DNA of 64,000 nucleotides from Antechinus flavipes (GCF_016432865.1 NC_067398.1:680264001-680328000); one strand, 5' to 3'; shown: positions 25,614 through 38,091, counted from the first letter of the stretch. The notes: generated by a model from the letters alone, not told the origin. Numbers and translations are program-made.

Positions 25614-26018
25614 TGAGAGCACGGAAGGCAGCTCACAACCTAGCAGAGCGGAGAGGGGGTGGGGCATGATCTCAGCCGTCTCTGCGGGGAGAGCTTTGCT
25701 ACAGGATTGGATACTTTGCCCTGGCAGCAAGCCAGCAGCCCAGCAGAGAAGCTAAAAACACCTGTGGGGTGAAGAATACAACCCGGAACAACAGGTGTGG
25801 ACCTGGCCACACCTCCCCCACAGTGACTCAGCATGCTCTGGGATCTCAGAGCGCAGGCGCAGTACAGTCCTGCTAGTGCCTCGCTGCTGCCCCCGCAATC
25901 TGTAGAGGAAGCCCGGTAACACCACCTAGGCCCCCTCTCCCCCCCCAAAGAAAGCAGACTCCATTCAGGGTTTTTTTCTTTTCTTTCTTTGCTAGTTTGT
26001 CTTTGATTCTTTGACAAA

Positions 26019-27092
26019 ATGAGCAAAAAATTGAAGAGGACTTTAACCCTTGACAGCTTCTATACAGAAAGAGAGCAGACTCTAAATCCTGAGGAGACTA
26101 AAAACAAACAGTCCCCAGGTGAATCCCCAAAGGAGGAGATCATCTGTTCCTCAGCACAGATGAACCTCATAGAAGTAATTAAAAAGACTCTCACAAGAGA
26201 GCTAGAAGAAAAATGGGGAAAGGAGAGGGAGGCTTGGCAAGAGAGGCTGGAGAAGTCATCCCACTCACTTAAAGAGAGAGTGGATAAAGAAATAAAATCC
26301 TTGAAAAATAGGATTAGTGAACTGGAAACAGAAAACAGCTCTCTAAAAAACAAAATTGGCAAAATGGAAAAAAATTCCATAGAACAAAAGAACTCAATTG
26401 GACAAGTACAAAAAGATTTTTTAAAAGTGAGTGAAGAAAATACTTCATTGAAAATCAGGGTCGAACAAATGGAATTGAATGACTCGAGGAGACAAGAAGA
26501 ATCAGTCAAGCAAATCCAAAAAAATCAAACAATGGAAAAGAATGTGAAATACCTTCTGGGGAAGACAACAGACCTGGAAAACAGATCCAGGAGAGACAAT
26601 CTGAGAATCATTGGACTCTCAGAAAAGCATGATGAAAAAAAGAGCCTGGACACTATTTTCCAGGAAATTATCAAAGAGAACTCCCCAGAAGTTATAGAAA
26701 CAGAGAGTAAAATAAACATTGAAAGAATTCATCGATCCCCTACTGAAAGGGATCCTAAAATCAAAACACCAAGGAATATAGTGGCCAAATGCCAGAACCC
26801 TCAGACGAAGGAAAAAATATTGCAAGCGGCTAGAAAAACCCAATTCAAGCATCAAGGAGCCACAATAAGGATCACCCAGGATCTAGCAGCATCCACATTA
26901 AAGGATCGAAGGGCCTGGAATATGATATTCCAAAAGGCTAAAGAACTTGGTATGCAACCAAAAATAACTTACCCAGCTAGAATGAGCATCTTTTTCCAGG
27001 GAAGAAGATGGACATTCAATGAAGTAAGCGAATTTCACCTATTTTTGATGAAAAAGCCAGAACTTAACAAAAAGTTTGATCTACAAATATAG
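26019..27092 (+). CDS. L1 ORF1p (coiled coil, RRM, CTD), intact, 357 aa
   Basis: Uninterrupted ATG-to-stop ORF with ORF1 motifs DLENRSRRDNLRIIGL, IERIHR, IRITQDLA and ITYPARMS. Confidence 0.9.
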   Translation: MSKKLKRTLTLDSFYTEREQTLNPEETKNKQSPGESPKEEIICSSAQMNLIEVIKKTLTRELEEKWGKEREAWQERLEKSSHSLKERVDKEIKSLKNRISELETENSSLKNKIGKMEKNSIEQKNSIGQVQKDFLKVSEENTSLKIRVEQMELNDSRRQEESVKQIQKNQTMEKNVKYLLGKTTDLENRSRRDNLRIIGLSEKHDEKKSLDTIFQEIIKENSPEVIETESKINIERIHRSPTERDPKIKTPRNIVAKCQNPQTKEKILQAARKTQFKHQGATIRITQDLAASTLKDRRAWNMIFQKAKELGMQPKITYPARMSIFFQGRRWTFNEVSEFHLFLMKKPELNKKFDLQI

Positions 27093-27629
27093 AACTCAAG
27101 AGAAATCTAAAAAGGTAAAGATTAACTTTAAATAAATAAGGATAAAGGGAACTATATTTTGGCTATAAAGATGTATAAAGAATACATGAATACCTTGTTC
27201 TAGAAACTAGATGTGGAAAGGGCATTGTACCAGAAAAAGGGTAAAGTTGGGGTACTACATCTCATGAAGAGGCAAAGGAAACCTATTATATCTGAGACAA
27301 AGAATGGAGGGGGATGAATATAGTGGGTATCTTACTGCCTTCAGAATTGACTTTAAGAGAAAAATTTTAGACATATTCAATCTATGGTGAAACTTCTCCC
27401 ACCTCATTGAAAAGTGAGAAGGGAAAAGTGAAAAGGGAAGGAATAAGCTAAGTGGAGGGGAATATGGAAACTGGGAGGGAAAGGGGTAAAATAGGGGGAG
27501 GAACTCTAAGGCGGGGGGAGGGATACTAAAAAGGGAGGGCTGTGAGAAGTAAGTGGTGCTCACAAGCTTAATACTGGGAAGGGGGGAAGGGGGAAAGGAA
27601 GGAGAAAAGCATAAACCGGGGTTAACAAG

Positions 27630-30600
27630 ATGGCAAGTAATACAGAATTGGTCATTTTAACTATAAATGTGAACGGGGTAAACTCCCCCATAAAGAGGAA
27701 GCAGTTAGCAGAATGGATTAAAAGCCAGAATCCTACAATATGTTGTTTACAGGAAACACACTTGAAGCAGGAGGATACATGCAGGTTATAGGTAAAAGGT
27801 TGGAGCAAAATCTACTATGCTTCAGGTGAAGTCAAAAAAGCAGGGGTAGCCATCCTGATCTCAGATCAAGCTAAAGCAAAAATCGATCTAATTAAAAGAG
27901 ATAAGGAAGGGCACTATATCTTGCTAAAGCGTAGCATGGATAATGAAGCAATATCTATATTAAACATATATGCACCAAGTGGTGTAGCATCTAAATTCTT
28001 AAAAGAGAAATTAAGAGAGCTGCAAGAAGAAATAGACAGCAAAACTATAATAGTGGGAGATCTCAACCTTGCCCTCTCAGAATTAGATAAATCAAACCAC
28101 AAAATAAATAAGAAAGAAGTCAAAGAGGTAAATAGAATACTAGAAAAATTAGATATGATAGATCTCTGGAGAAAATGTAATGGAGACAGAAAGGAGTACA
28201 CTTTCTTTTCAGCAGTTCATGGAACCTATACAAAAATTGACCATATATTAGGACATAAAAACCTCAAATTCAAATGCAGTAAGGCAGAAATAGTAAATGC
28301 ATCCTTTTCAGACCACGATGCAATGAAAATTACATTCAACAAAAAACCAGGGGGAAGTAGACCAATAAATAATTGGAAACTAAATAATCTCATACTAAAG
28401 AATGATTGGGTGAAACAGCAAATCATAGACATAATTAATAACTTCACACAAGAAAACGATAATAATGAGACATCATACCAAAATATATGAGATGCAGCCA
28501 AAGCGGTAATAAGGGGAAATTTCATATCTCTAGAGGCCTATTTGTATAAAATAGAGAAAGAGAAGGTCAATGAATTGGGCTTGCAACTAAAAATGCTAGA
28601 AAAGGAACAAATTAAAAACCCCCAGTCAAACACTAAACTTGAAATTCTAAAAATAAAAGGAGAGATCTATAAAATTGAAAGTAAAAAAAAAAAACTATTG
28701 AATTAATTAATAAAACTAAGAGTTGGTTCTATGAAAAAACCAACAAAATAGACAAACCCTTAGTAAATCTGATTTAAAAAAGGAAAGAGGAAAATCAAAT
28801 TGTTAGTCTTAAAAATGAAAAGGGAGAACTCGCCACTAACGAAGAGGAAATTAGAACAATAATTAGGAGTTACTTTGCCCAACTTTATGCCAATAAATTC
28901 GACAACTTAAATGAAATAGAAGAATACCTCCAAAAATATAGCTTGCCCAAACTAACAGAGGAAGAAGTAAATATCCTAAACAGTCCCATCTCAGAAAAAG
29001 AAATAGAACAAACTATCAATCAACTCCCTAAGAAAAAATCCCCAGGACCAGATGGATTTACATGTGAATTCTATCAAACATTTAAATAACAATTAACTCC
29101 AATGCTAAATAAACTATTTGAAAAAATAGGGATTGAAGGAGTGCTACCAAACTCCTTTTATGATGCAGACATGGTACTGATACCTAAACCAGGTAGGCTG
29201 AAAACAAAGAAAGAAAATTATAGACCAATCTCCCTAATGAATATTGATGCTAAAATCTTAAATAAAATATTAGCAAAAAGATTACAGAAAATCATCCCCA
29301 GAATAATACACTATGACCAAGTAGGATTTATACCAGGAATGCAGGGCTGGTTCAATATTAGGAAAACTATTAGCATAATTGAGTATNNNNNNNNNNNNNN
29401 NNNNNNNNNNNNNNNNNNNNNNNNNNNNNNNNNNNNNNNNNNNNNNNNNNNNNNNNNNNNNNNNNNNNNNNNNNNNNNNNNNNNNNNNNNNNNNNNNNNN
29501 NNNNNNNNNNNNNNNNNNNNNNNNNNNATGGACTTTTCCTTAAAATAGTCAGGAGCATATATTTAAAACCTTCAGTAAGCATCATATGCAATGGGGAAAA
29601 ACTGGAACTTTTCCCAGTAAGATCTGGAGTGAAGCAAGGTTGCCCATTATCACCATTATTATTCAATATTGTATTAGAAACACTAGCCTCTGCAATAAGA
29701 ATCGGGAAAGAGATTAAAGGCATTAGAGTAGGCAGTGAGGAAACCAAACTATCACTCTTTGCAGATGATATGATGGTATACCTAGAGAACCCCAGAGATT
29801 CTACTAAAAAGCTATTAGAAATAATTCATAATTTTAGCAAAGTAGCAGGATACAAAATAAATCCCCATAAATCCTCAGCATTTTTATACACCACCAACAA
29901 AATCCAAGAGCAAGAGATACAAAGAGAAATTCCATTCAGAGTAACTGTTCATAACATAAAATATTTGGGAATCTACCTACCAAAGGAAAGTCAGGAATTA
30001 TATGAGCAAAATTACAAAAAAGTTTCCACACAAATAAAGTCAGACTTAAATAATTGGGAAAATATTAAGTGCTCTTGGATAGGCCGAGCGAATATAATAA
30101 AGATGACAATACTCCCTAACTAATCTATTTATTTAGTGCTATACCAGTTAGACTTCCAAGAAAATATTTTAATGATCTAGAAAAAATAACAACAAAATTC
30201 ATATGGAATAATAAAAAGTCGAGAATCTCAAGGGAATTAATGAAAAAAAAAATCAAATGAAGGTGGTCTAGCTGTACCTGATCTAAAATTATATTATAAA
30301 GCAGCAGTCACCAAAACCATTTGGTATTGGCTAAGAAATAGATTAGTTGATCAGTGGAAAAGGTTAGGTTCACAAGACAGAATAGTCAACTATAGCAATC
30401 TAGTGTTTGACAAACCCAAAGATCCTAACTTTTGGGATAAGAATTCATTATTTGATAAAAACTGCTGGGATAACTGGAAATTAGTATGGCAGAAATTAGG
30501 CATGGACCCACACTTAACACCATATACCAAGATAAGATCGAAATGGGTCCATGACTTAGGCATAAAGAATGAGATTATAAATAAATTAGAGGAACATAGG

Positions 30601-31499
30601 ATAGTTTATCTCTCAGACTTGTGGAGGAAAAAGAAATTTGTGACCAAAGATGAACTAGAGACCATTACTGATCACAAAATAGAAAATTTTGATTAGATCA
30701 AATTAAAAAGTCTTTGTACAAACAAAACTAATGCAAACAAGATTAGAAGGGAAGCAACAAACTGGGAAAACATCTTTACAGTTAAAGGTTCTGATAAAGG
30801 CCTCATTTCCAAAATATATAGAGAACTGACCCTAATTTATAAGAAATCAAGCCATTCTCCAATTGATAAATGGTCAAAGGATATGAACAGACAATTTTCA
30901 GATGATGAAATTGAAACTATTACTACTCATATGAAAGAGTGTTCCAAATCACTATTGATCAGAGAAATGCAAATTAAGACAACTCTGAGATACCATTACA
31001 CACCTGTCAGATTGGCTAAGATGACAGGAAAAAATAATGATGAATGTTGGAGGGGATGCGGGAAAACTGGGACACTGATGCATTGTTGGTGGAGTTGTGA
31101 ACGAATCCAACCATTCTGGAGAGCAATCTGGAATTATGCCCAAAAAGTTATCAAACTGTGCATACCCTTTGATCCAGCAGTGTTACTACTGGGCTTATAC
31201 CCCAAAGAGATACTAAAGAAGGGAAAGGGACCTGTATGTGCCAAAATGTTTGTGGCAGCCCTGTTTGTAGTGGCTAGAAACTGGAAAATGAATGGATGAA
31301 TGCCCATCAATTGGAGAATGGCTGGGTAAATTGTGGTATATGAATTATTATGGAATATTATTGTTCTGTAAGGAATGACCAGCAGGATGAATACAGAGAG
31401 GCTTGGAGAGACTTACATGAACTGATGTTAAGTGAAATGAACAGAACCAGGAGATCATTATACACTTCAACAATGATATTGTATGAGGATGTATTCTGA
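27630..31499 (+). pseudogene. L1 ORF2 (endonuclease/reverse transcriptase), disrupted
   Basis: Starts MASNTELVILTINVNG; motifs [13 protein letters not shown] and LFADDM. Premature stops include TAG 27789-27791 and TGA 28488-28490, with frameshifts near 28683-28694 (A12), 30119, 30243 (A10) and 31296. Confidence 0.9.
29387..29527. other. Assembly gap (141 N) inside the L1 RT domain
   Basis: Run of N. The flanks translate to consecutive RT segments, so roughly 110 nt of RT are probably missing (inference). Confidence 1.
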
Positions 31500-34119
31500 T
31501 GGAAATGGATTTCTTTGACAAAGAGACCTAAATGAGTTTCAATTGATCGATGATGGACAGAAGCAGCTACACCCAAAGAAAGAACACTGGGAAACGAACA
31601 TGAACTGTTTGCATTTTTATTTTTCTTCCCAGGTTATTTATACCTTCTGAATCCAATTCTCCCTGTGCAATAAGAGAACTGTTCGGTTCTGCACACATAT
31701 ATTGGATCTAGGATATACTGTGACATATCTAACATATATAGGACTGTTTGCCATCTAGGGGAGGGGGTGGAAGGAGGGAGGAGAAAAATCGGAACAGAAG
31801 CGAGTGCAAGGGATAATGTAAAAAAAAATTACCCTGGCATGGATTCTGTCAATATAAAGTTATTATTAAATAAAATAAAATAAAATAAAAAAATTAAAAA
31901 GTGAATGTTAAAATGTCTTTATTATGTAATTGAAAAAGAAAATGAAGTAGGGGGGAAGAATGTCACTTTAGCAGCTGTATGTAGAATGAATTGAGGAAAG
32001 GAGAAACTGGAGGCAAGGAAAACAATTAGGAGGCTACTGAACAACCCAGGAGGAAAATATTAAAGATCTGGCCCAGCGTGGCAACTGTGTGAGTGGAAAG
32101 GCAGGGACAAGTCCCAGAAATGTTGAGGAGATAGAATAGACAAGACACAGAAATGGATTGGATAGAGAGGGTGAGGGAGCATGAAGATAATTCCATTTTA
32201 GTATCTCTCATTTTGTCCCATTCCTGAAATAATCTTCCCCACCCTGGTTTTCAAACATCCAGACATCCTCTCCATCTCTGAAAGTCCATTTCAGGCCATG
32301 TCTCCTTCAGGGTGGGGCCTATCCCTTCCTCCCATAGTCTCTGAGCACTATGCATCCCTCTTCTGCCATTACTGTGCTCCATTTATCATGAAAGCTGTCT
32401 AATTGGAGTTCTTCCTACCGAGCTCAAAAGGTTTTTGATATAATCCCATTGCTGGACTGTGTATCTCCTGGCTGAGGGTCACTCTCTCTTCAGAGCATGG
32501 CTTCAGGGAGGGGATTTAAATGTTTTTGGTTTTGATCTGTTTTTTTTTTCTTTGGTTTGGTTTGGCTTCTGGTCATAGCACCTCTCAGATATCAGCTACC
32601 AAACCAAAGCTTGTATTTGTTTTAATATCATATTGTACATCTATATTATATATTTCCAGCAGGTAAGTCACCCCAGTAAAAGCTGAGATCCTTGAAATTC
32701 AGGCAGCTGGTGGTAGAGAGCTGAGTACGCTCAGACAATTACTATTTGTGACCTTGTGCAAATCACTTAATCTGCCTCAGTATCCTCAACTGTAAGATAG
32801 AGATAATAATAGTGTCTACCTCGAAGGATGGTTATGAAAAGCATAATACCTATAATATAGTAGGTGCTTATTAAATGTTTATTCCCTTCCCTTCCTTTGA
32901 AAAGTTAAGAAGAATTAAAGCTTCCATTTTAATTATACTTTAATGTAAACAGTTTCCCTCAAAATGACCTCTAGAAGGTAGTAACAAGTTGTACTGGGTT
33001 TCAAGGCAATGGCTCTTCCCTGCTTTAGCCATTAATCCACAAACTAGCAGCTTTGCCCGATCTCCTGCACTGCTAGAACCTACCCTCTGAGATTACCTCC
33101 AATTTGCTCTACATAAATCCTGTTTGTACACAGCATGTAGTCTCTCTCATTAGACTGAAGGCTCTTTAAAGGAAGGGGCTTGCTTTTTTGTTAATTCCTT
33201 TGTAGCCTTACTGCTTAGCACAGTACCTGGCAAATAGCAGGGAGTTAGCAGTGCTTCTTGATCCTTTTCCTACAGATCATTTCTCAATCTTCTTTGCTAG
33301 TTCATCATTTATCTCCTACCCCTTAAGAATGGTTGTCTCCCAAAAACAGTACCTGAAACCTCTTCTTTCCTTTCTTATGAACTAAGGGTTTTGATCTCTA
33401 TGTGTGAATGCATGGAGGGAATATGTAGCTCACCTGTCTAACAGGAGGGGTGCGTAGAAGGAAAACGGATGCTTTGATTGCAGGCAGTTGAGGAAGCTGT
33501 TCTTGCTTTAAGATGCAATGACTTCTCTCCACATCCCACTCCCCTCACCTTGGCCCAGATTCCTCCTCACTTAATATAGAGTTTTCAAAATATTAATGAC
33601 TCACTTGTCTATAACAGATCATAAAATTATCACAACTTTGGTTACCATCTCCCTCATCCACTACTCCAATAAATTCTAACACAGTTGAGCTTCCTCCCTC
33701 ATTCCATATGACTTTCCAGAAAACATAGTTTTGCTCTATTTTTGCCATATGGGACAGAAAGAATGTAAAAGAGGTTATTGAGACTCCCCAGTGACTACTT
33801 TCTGCTCAGATAAAAGGGTGAGGAATCTGTCCCCTGTAATAGTGGAGGTAACCATTCACACATTTTATCTTCCCAAGGAAATGAACTGATGCTTCCAAAA
33901 GGCTTTGGCAGAAGACAACCCTTCATCGCCCACTCCCAGTATGCCGTCACGAAGTGGTGGATCTTTCAAAAACTTGGCTGGCTCAGAGGCAATTCAGAAA
34001 GGTCACTTTCAGGAGACATCTTGATCGTCCCAGAATCCCTGCTCACTGACTGGGCAATCTGCACTTCTATGGCAAGTTAGGGCCCTGATGGCCATGCCCC
34101 CCTAAGTGACGTGGGTCAA

Positions 34120-34250
34120 ATTGGTTGTTTAGTTGTTGTCCTTCATTCTCGGAGAAGACACATGACATTACTGTGTTAGAGCCAAGTTAGTTTGTCCAAC
34201 TGCGGCTGATCTGACCAATACATGCCTGGAAGGCTCTGCCACAGGTTGGC
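34120..34250 (-). mobile_element. RTE 3'-tail fragment
   Basis: Similar to the tail of the RTE at 12390-12520. Confidence 0.55.
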
Positions 34251-34306
34251 AGTGTGATTGCAGAGGAGGGGATGGATCTATGTAGTGAAGAGGGAATCAA
34301 AAGGAC

Positions 34307-34761
34307 TTAGCAGCTGACTGCAGCCCAGCCAGTGAAGCAGAAGTGAAAATGACCCTTCTCAAGTCCCCTGGAGGAGTTCAGTACAAGGGAATAACAATTA
34401 GTGTTTATGGAAACCGAGGTTTGCAAAGCACTTTATGTGTGTCGGTCCATTTGATCCTCATAGCAGCCTGTGGAGTAAATTATGATGCCCATTTTACTGA
34501 TGAAAATAATAGTGAGACTTGCCCAGGGTCACAGTTAGCAGCTGACTGCATCTGGTTAGTGAGAGAAGTGAAAATGCCCCTGTGACATGTCCTCTCAAGT
34601 CCCCACAGTACAAGGGAATAACAATTAGCCTTTATAGAAAGCACCAAGCACTTTATGTGTGTCGGTCCATTTGATCCTTATAGCAGTCCTGTGAAGTAGA
34701 TTATGATGATGCCCATTTTACAGATGAAAATAACAGTGAATATTGCCCAGGGTCACAGTTA
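34307..34761. repeat. Diverged tandem duplication, about 228-bp unit x2
   Basis: Units start TTAGCAGCTGACTGCA at 34307 and 34535 and share AGTACAAGGGAATAACAATTAG and AAGCACTTTATGTGTGTCGGTCCATTTGATCCT. Confidence 0.9.
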
Positions 34762-37329
34762 AGTCTCGGAGGTCTTCCCGTTTTCTCTATCCATTGCCCC
34801 ACAGAGGAGAGTCATAGGATTCTTCCACGCACAATGGAAGCACACGCTTTCCTAATGAGGAGTATGGGCTTTCCTCTCTTGGGCATTTCATCGGCTCATG
34901 AGTTCAACTAGCATCTCCATGTAGGTGTCTCCCAAGACCCTTGGAATCAGCTCTAAAATCTACCCCGAGAAGTCTAACATTTCTGAATGCCTACTGGACT
35001 CCTTCAGGGATTCTGAAACTCAGCTTGTGCAAAACTGATGTCATCATCTTCCCCTCAAACTAGCCCTTCTCCTCAACTTCCCTGTTCCTTCTGAGGGCAC
35101 CACCCTGCCTCCAGTCCCCAGTTTCCTTCACCTCATCCCTTTCTCTACACTCACAAAGCCCCAGCCTTAGCTCAGACCCTCATCCCCTTTCCCCTGACAA
35201 TTGTATTAATTTCTTAAGGGTCTTTTGCCTCCAGTCACTCCCCTACTTCAACTGATCTTTTCCCAAATGACAAAGCAATGCTCTTAAGGTGCAAAACTAA
35301 GGCAATGCCATTCCCCTGGTGGGAAGGGTTAGGAATTGGGAAAGGCTTAAAAAAAAATGGGGTGAAGGACTATGGATGTCAAATAAGTTGGACCCTGTCA
35401 GTGTGCTGGTTAGTGGTTGGTTTGGCTGAAGTAATTTTTTTTCTTGGTTATTGGCTAGATGGTAGATGAGTTCTGGGCTGGTGTGTGAGGAAAACCCGAG
35501 TTTGAAACCAGCCTCAGACACTTACCAGCTGTATGACCCTAGCCAAGTCACTTAACCTGTCTGCCTCTGCTTCCCCCACTATAAAATGGAGGTAATACTA
35601 GCCCCTCTTTCCCAGAGATGTTTGTGAGAATCAAATGAGATCATAAATCGTAAGGCACTTTGCAAACTCTTAAGATGCTACATATGCTATTATTATAATA
35701 GTTCTGGGTAGGGAAGGGGGAGAAGAATACGCAGGGGACTGAAGATTACAAAACAAAAGGTACCAATTTCTCAAGTGTTCTAGACTTGGGGTATATCTGA
35801 GTACGGGAGCACGAGGGAAAGCGCCATTCCGGATGTTTTCAGATTCTAAGGGTCCGACACCCGGGGAAGGCAGGATCACCATGGTTAGTAGGCCCTCAGA
35901 GCCGAACTTCAGCTGCCCCGGACCATTCCCCACATACCCAAGCACCAGCCCTTGCTGCTGGCCCCTCCTATCTTTGCCCCATGATTGACTTTTTCCCACT
36001 GGTCACTTCTACCTCCTTGGTGAGCCATCACCATCATTCCTAAGTCTAGGTCAAACCTTAGAAAACCTGCCAGCTCCCCTTCCTTCCCCCTAAAGAACAC
36101 CTTCAGTTGACCTTCTAACACAAGCTCAATTGGGGAAGGTGGTGGTATCCGGACAGTGAGGACAGTCTGCCCCAAAGGGGAAGGAAGGTGTGGGGGAAGG
36201 GAGAAACAGCTGCAGAGAGGAAGTAAGCACCATCTGGGAGCTTCCAATTTTAACTAATAAAGTTTTGTGGTCGGTCGGTTTTGTTGTTGTCTCCAACTCC
36301 AGTTTTCTTGGCAGAGATGCTGGGGAGGTTTGACATTTCCTTCAACTCGTTTTACAGACGGGGAAACTGAGGCAAACAGGATGAAGTGACTTATCCAAAG
36401 TCACACAACTAGCGAGGGGCTGAGGCTAGATTTGAACCCAGGAGGAGGAATCTGGCTCCAGGCCTGGTGCTCTCTCCACTATAGCACCACCTAGTCGTCC
36501 GATAAACTTTGCCAATAACTAAATTCACTTATTTGCGGCAGATGACCAAGTACAGTCAATGCCTTCCAAGTCTTGGCATTCTGGGGCAAACCACCTCCAT
36601 CCTTGGGCCAAAACTTCCTTGTGGGTTATCCCCATCTTCATCACCACCCCTCACTCCCTGAACGCTGGCTTCCATTCTCCCAGCAGGCAACAGTCCTCAC
36701 GGCCAAACCCAGGGCCCTATTCTCAGTCTGTTCTCCCTGACCCTCCTCTAGTTTTTGTAGTTAGTTGAATTTCCTCCTACCTCTGACCTCATTGCCATCC
36801 CCCAGGCTCAATTCTGACTCTTCCCTCTCCTACGCTTCCCCCACCACTACTAGGACCCATCTCCTTTTCTCAGTCCCACTCTCCTGGTCCTTCCCATCAC
36901 CTTTCACCTTTCATGGTCTCCCTCCACCAGCTCTGCCCTTCTCCACGCAGAATGAGTGCCCTCTCCTTGGAGCCAAAGGAGCCTCTCTAATGCTTAGAGA
37001 AGATGTCTTAGGACATGGTCACCCCCAGGACTACACATCCACAACTAGCCTCAGAGGGCACTCAGCCCGACCCTTTCATTGCACAGTTGAGGAAACATCA
37101 CCCAAGACGGGAAAATGAAGAGGGTAAGGACCATCTTGCTCTTAATCCTTATAAGCTGGAGCAAGTTAGCAAAGACTAAGCTTAATAACTATCAGGGAGG
37201 TAGTGAGTGTATCCACTGCTTAAATTAGATTGATTGAGTACATGCCTTATCCTTGCCCCCAGTGGATGGATGGGACCAAGGGGTTGCTGTGAACCTGGGC
37301 ACAAGGGAAGGGAAAGCCCGGCGGCACAC

Positions 37330-37560
37330 GAGACTTCAGGAGTGATGTCTTTTCCATGTCCCAGGTCCCTCTGGGAGTCAGTCTGGTGAAGCTTATGAAC
37401 CCTTCCCTTCTCAGAACCGGGTTTTTAAATGCATAAAACAAAATACAGAGGAGGAAACCAATTATATTGAAATAAAGATGTAATTTTTTCTTCCCACTGA
37501 AGTCCACAGAGATCCTGAAAATCTATCCACAGACCCCAGGTGAAGAGCCCCTAATCTAGG
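37330..37560. mobile_element. Old hAT-type MITE remnant (related copy at about 54905-55075)
   Basis: Both copies share GTCTGGTGA..CTATGAA.CC..TTCTCA.AA; the right end CCCCAGGTGAAGAGCCCCT is TIR-like. Confidence 0.45.
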
Positions 37561-38085
37561 GGAAAGTCCCTTACTTTCTTTATAAGGAGCCCTCAGATGC
37601 CCAAAAGAGGGAGAGCAGTGGCCAACACCACCATTCATCCAGGAGCTCATCGCCACCCGCCCAGAGAGCCGTCTTCCACTTCCATGTCTTCCCCCTCCAA
37701 TCAAACCTTCATGTCACGGCCAGTGCCATCTTCGCTATGGACATGATTAGAAAAGGAAGCGGGCCAGCCCAGCAGTAAGACTGAGGGATGGCGGAGAGAC
37801 ATCAGAGCGTGGGGCTGGTACCTACAGGATGTGAGAGCTCGAGGAAGGCCGTCAGGTGGACACTGCCCCCAATGGGGCGGACAGGGACAAGCGCCGCACG
37901 GGCCAAGAAGGAGCCGCCGGGCTGGGATCCATCCTCACAAGGCATCAAAGAAGGTACACATCAGTCCCCTCACTTCTGCGCTCCAATGGTGAAGGCTCCC
38001 TGAGGTCAGGGCTGCTAGGAGGGTCTGGACGCAGGAAGAAGGTGACCCAGAGAGGGGGTGAGGTGAGATCGAGGATCGATGGGAT

Positions 38086-38091
38086 TTTATT
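38086..38091 (-). terminator. STXBP2 polyadenylation signal AATAAA
   Basis: TTTATT on + 45 nt downstream of the stop codon. Confidence 0.75.

Larger units (their letters stand above)
25381..31896 (+). mobile_element. Full-length marsupial LINE-1
   Basis: GC-rich 5'UTR, ORF1, 537-nt spacer, ORF2 (EN, RT, C-terminal CCHC region), 3'UTR and A-rich tail; 13-bp TSD AAAAGTGAATGTT at 25368-25380 and 31897-31909. Confidence 0.95.

Noticed and set aside
21200-34200. PPAR DR1 element like the mouse Retn adipocyte enhancer
   Set aside because: I found only half-sites, mostly within SINEs; the visual scan was not exhaustive.
35909-36247. ORF with a signal-peptide-like start (MEAPRWCLLPLCSCF...)
   Set aside because: No homology recognised and no supporting exon chain.
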